From Variovorax sp. (lineage in GTDB: Bacteria > Pseudomonadota > Gammaproteobacteria > Burkholderiales > Burkholderiaceae_C), in assembly GCA_039925525.1 (NCBI GenBank), contig JBDSYU010000101.1, positions 1 to 55,646 on the forward strand: 55,646 nt of DNA. The letters are read 5' to 3'. This document shows positions 52,623 to 55,646 of this stretch, piece after piece. Positions within the stretch are counted from its first letter, which is position 1. The number at the start of each line of letters is the position of its first letter. The notes beneath the pieces were generated by a model that saw only the letters and a program-made list of their open reading frames with translations, did no database searches and had not been told where the DNA came from. The translations under genes were made by a program, and so were the position numbers.

Positions 52623-54404
52623 CTACAGCAAGACTCGGCGGAAGTCGCCGAGGATCTGTGCCAGAAAGCCGTTGAAACGCGCCGCTCCGGCGCCGTCGAT
52701 CACCCGGTGGTCCCAGCTGAGCGAGAGCGGCAGCATCAGCCTTGGCTGGAACGCCTTTCCGTCCCACACCGGCTCGGTGGTGCTGCGGCAAACGCCGAGT
52801 ATCGACACCTCGGGCGCATTGATGATCGGCGTGAAGTACCGCCCGCCGATGCCGCCGAGTGAGCTGATGGTGAAGCAAGCCCCGCTCATCTCGGCTGGCG
52901 ACAATTTGCCGTCGCGCGCTTTCTTGGCCAGCTCACCCATCTCCTGAGATATCTGCATCACGCCCTTTTTGTCGCAATCGCGAATCACCGGCACCATCAG
53001 GCCATTGGGGGTGTCGGCGGCGAAGCCGATGTGGAAATAGTTCTTCAGCACCAGTTGCTCGCCGTCGAGAGAACTGTTGAACTCCGGAAACTTCTTCAGT
53101 GCCGCGACAGAGGCCTTGATCAGGAAGGCCAGCATCGTGACCTTGATGCCCGACTTCTCGTTTTCCTTGTTGGTGGAAACGCGGAAAGCCTCAAGGTCGG
53201 TGATGTCGGCGTCGTCGTGGTTGGTGACGTGCGGAATCATCACCCAGTTGCGATGCAGGTTGGCCGCGCTGATCTTCTTGATACGTGGCCGATCCTTGCG
53301 CTCGGTCGGGCCGAACTTGTCGAAGTCGACCTTCGGCCAGGCGATGAGACCCAGGCCCGCACCGCCATCGCCGACGCCACCACCCGAAGCGGCGGCCTTG
53401 GCTGCCGAGGCCTTCGTCGACGCAGCGCCGCTCATGACCGTCTTGGTGAAGTTCTGAACGTCTTCCTGCGTGATCCGGCCCTTGGGGCCGCATCCATTGA
53501 TTTCTTCCAATGGCACGCCGAGTTCGCGCGCAAACTTGCGCACGGAAGGAGAGGCATGCGGGAGCTTGCCAGTGGGGGCCTTGGTGGGGTCGTGGCCTGC
53601 GGGTGGTGCGCCGGCGGGAGCGACTGTGGCCACGCCTTCTGTTTGACGCCCTCCCCCTGCGGCGGAGGGTTGGAGTGGGGGCGCCGCGGCGCTCGAACGC
53701 GACGCCGGCGCTTGAGCCGAGGCTGCGGCCCCCACCCTGGCCTCCCCCGAGGGGGGAGGGGCAGAACCCACTGCGCCCTCGACCGGAGGGGGAGGGGAAG
53801 ACACACCTTCAAGCACCGCGATCAGATCACCGATGTTCAACTTGTCGCCGACTTTCACCTTCAGCTCAGTCAGCTTGCCGGCGGCGGACGATGGAATCTC
53901 CATCGACGCCTTGTCCGACTCGACGGTGATGAGCGACTGCTCTTTCTCGATCGCATCGCCAGGCTTCACCAGCACCTCGATGACCGACACGTCCTTGAAG
54001 TCGCCAATGTCCGGCACCTTGATTTCGACGGGGCCGGATTTGCCTGATGGCGGAGCCGATGGAGCCGATGGAGCCGATGATGGTGCAGACGCAGGCGACG
54101 GAGACGGTGCCGCCGCCTTTTGTGGCTCGTCGCTCTTGCCTGCGCCCGCTTTGCTTTCAGCGTCGCCTTGTGCTTCGAGCACCAGCACCACCGAGCCCTC
54201 GCGCACCTTGCTGCCGACCTGAACCTTGACCTCGGTCACCTTGCCCGCGGTCGACGACGGAATTTCCATCGACGCCTTGTCCGATTCCACGGTGATGAGC
54301 GATTGCTCGATGTCTACCATGTCACCGGCCGCGACCAGCACCTCGATCACCGAAACCTCGTCGAAATCGCCGATGTCCGGTACCTTGACTTCCACTGTTG
54401 CCAT
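52623..54404 (-). CDS. aceF: Pyruvate dehydrogenase E2, dihydrolipoyl acetyltransferase (two lipoyl domains)
   Basis: 2x ESDKASMEIP, HASPSVRKFARELGV, SWDHRVIDG. Confidence 0.97.
   Translation of the reverse strand: MATVEVKVPDIGDFDEVSVIEVLVAAGDMVDIEQSLITVESDKASMEIPSSTAGKVTEVKVQVGSKVREGSVVLVLEAQGDAESKAGAGKSDEPQKAAAPSPSPASAPSSAPSAPSAPPSGKSGPVEIKVPDIGDFKDVSVIEVLVKPGDAIEKEQSLITVESDKASMEIPSSAAGKLTELKVKVGDKLNIGDLIAVLEGVSSPPPPVEGAVGSAPPPSGEARVGAAASAQAPASRSSAAAPPLQPSAAGGGRQTEGVATVAPAGAPPAGHDPTKAPTGKLPHASPSVRKFARELGVPLEEINGCGPKGRITQEDVQNFTKTVMSGAASTKASAAKAAASGGGVGDGGAGLGLIAWPKVDFDKFGPTERKDRPRIKKISAANLHRNWVMIPHVTNHDDADITDLEAFRVSTNKENEKSGIKVTMLAFLIKASVAALKKFPEFNSSLDGEQLVLKNYFHIGFAADTPNGLMVPVIRDCDKKGVMQISQEMGELAKKARDGKLSPAEMSGACFTISSLGGIGGRYFTPIINAPEVSILGVCRSTTEPVWDGKAFQPRLMLPLSLSWDHRVIDGAGAARFNGFLAQILGDFRRVLL
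53648..53798. repeat. REP-like G/C-tract palindrome inside the aceF coding linker
   Basis: GCCCTCCCCCTGCGGCGGAGGGTTGGAGTGGGGGC (53648-53682) inverted to GCCCCCACCCTGGCCTCCCCCGAGGGGGGAGGGGC (53728-53762), plus partial third arm. Confidence 0.75.
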
Positions 54405-54464
54405 GAACTGTGTCTCCCGCCCTCGTGAGAGAGGCGCCTGGTTGGATGATTGAAGCGCGCGCCG

Positions 54465-55646
54465 TCAGGCGTAGAGCGGGTTCACCTTGTCGGCGTCGAT
54501 TGCATATTTCTTGATCGCCTCGGCCACCTTCGCCAGCGGCAACGCGCCGTCGTCGGCGAGGGCCTTCAGCGCGGCGACAACGATGTAGTGCCGGTTGATC
54601 TCGAAGTGCTCGCGCAGCTTGCTGCGAAAGTCGCTGCGCCCGAAGCCATCGGTGCCCAGGACCTTGTAGCTGCGTCCGCTGGGAATGAAAAGGCGAATCT
54701 GTTCCGCATAGGCCTTCATGTAATCGGTGGAGGCGACCACTGGGCCACTTGTGCTGCCGAGTTGATCGGCGACGAATGTCGTACGGGGCGCCTCGGTCGG
54801 GTGCAGCAGGTTCCAGCGTTCCACTGCCTGTCCGTCGCGCGCCAGTTCGTTGAAGCTCGGGCAACTCCAGACGCCGGCGGCGACGCCCCAGTCTTTCTCC
54901 AGCAGTTCCTGCGCCGCGAAACTCTCGCGCAGGATGGTGCCGCTGCCAAGCAATTGCACACTGAGTATCTGGTCCTTGTCCGCCTTTGTTTTATCCCCGC
55001 CCTTGCCCTTGCCGCCGCCGATCACCGGCGCCTGCTTGCACAGGTACATGCCCTTGATGATGTGTTCTTCGGTGCCGGGTTGCAGGCCGGGCATCGGATA
55101 GTTTTCGTTGAGCAGCGTCAGGTAGTAGTAGATGTTTTCCTGCCTTTCGACCATGCGCTTCAGGCCATCGTGGAGGATTACAGCCACCTCGTGCGCGAAG
55201 GTGGGGTCGTAGCTCACGCAGTTCGGAATGGTGCTGGCCAGGATGTGGCTGTGACCGTCCTCGTGCTGCAGACCCTCGCCATTGAGCGTGGTGCGCCCGG
55301 AGGTGCCGCCGAGCAGGAAGCCGCGGGCCTGCATGTCGCCAGCCGCCCAGGCCAGGTCGCCCACGCGCTGGAAACCGAACATCGAGTAATACACGTAGAA
55401 CGGCACCATGATGCGGTTGTTGGTGCTGTAGCTGGTGGCCGCAGCAATCCAGCTAGCCATGCCGCCCGCTTCGTTGATCCCTTCCTGCAGGATCTGGCCA
55501 GCCTTGTCTTCCTTGTAGTACATGACCTGGTCCTTGTCGACCGGCGTGTACTGTTGGCCCGCGGGGTTATAGATGCCGATCTGACGGAACAGCCCCTCCA
55601 TGCCGAAAGTGCGCGCCTCGTCGACCAGGATCGGCACCACACGCGG
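54465..55646 (-). CDS. aceE: Pyruvate dehydrogenase E1 (homodimeric), 5'-truncated by window edge
   Basis: DEARTFGMEG, QEGINEAG, YSMFGFQR, GEGLQHEDG, GTDGFGRSD. Confidence 0.97.
   Translation of the reverse strand, partial: PRVVPILVDEARTFGMEGLFRQIGIYNPAGQQYTPVDKDQVMYYKEDKAGQILQEGINEAGGMASWIAAATSYSTNNRIMVPFYVYYSMFGFQRVGDLAWAAGDMQARGFLLGGTSGRTTLNGEGLQHEDGHSHILASTIPNCVSYDPTFAHEVAVILHDGLKRMVERQENIYYYLTLLNENYPMPGLQPGTEEHIIKGMYLCKQAPVIGGGKGKGGDKTKADKDQILSVQLLGSGTILRESFAAQELLEKDWGVAAGVWSCPSFNELARDGQAVERWNLLHPTEAPRTTFVADQLGSTSGPVVASTDYMKAYAEQIRLFIPSGRSYKVLGTDGFGRSDFRSKLREHFEINRHYIVVAALKALADDGALPLAKVAEAIKKYAIDADKVNPLYA

Overview
High-GC betaproteobacterial chromosome segment; gene order and protein signatures suggest Burkholderiales, probably Comamonadaceae (inference). 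Most of it is core genome on the minus strand: aceE(partial)-aceF-lpdA, a sugar dehydrogenase, an isochorismatase, prpE, sucA-sucB-lpdA-zapE, dinG, rluD-scpB-rluB, ndk-rlmN-pilW-rodZ-ispG-hisS-yfgM-bamB-der-hfq-hflX-hflK-hflC-DUF2065-hisZ-purA-PRTase-metC, ybbA and a partial rlmB. Plus-strand genes are tesA, bamD, a PP2C phosphatase and an NlpC/P60 peptidase. One accessory-looking block (751-8369) holds a tripartite tricarboxylate transporter split by a dehydrogenase, an amidohydrolase and a Cys-type sulfatase, behind a promoter with twin 15-bp operator-like boxes. I found no rRNA, tRNA, CRISPR array, transposase or phage genes. The unexplained structure is mostly small repeats. (1) A tandem 62-bp unit between yfgM and bamB forms 21-codon mini-ORFs relaying stop/start overlaps. 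(2) Three dispersed palindromes have periodic arms. (3) A REP-like palindrome lies in frame inside aceF. (4) A sucA RNA motif carries an extra hairpin. (5) A 4 x 28-bp array lies between sucA and sucB. (6) A multi-hairpin element lies between aceF and lpdA. Many start codons were re-picked by eye from RBS and homology cues, and no database searches were run.
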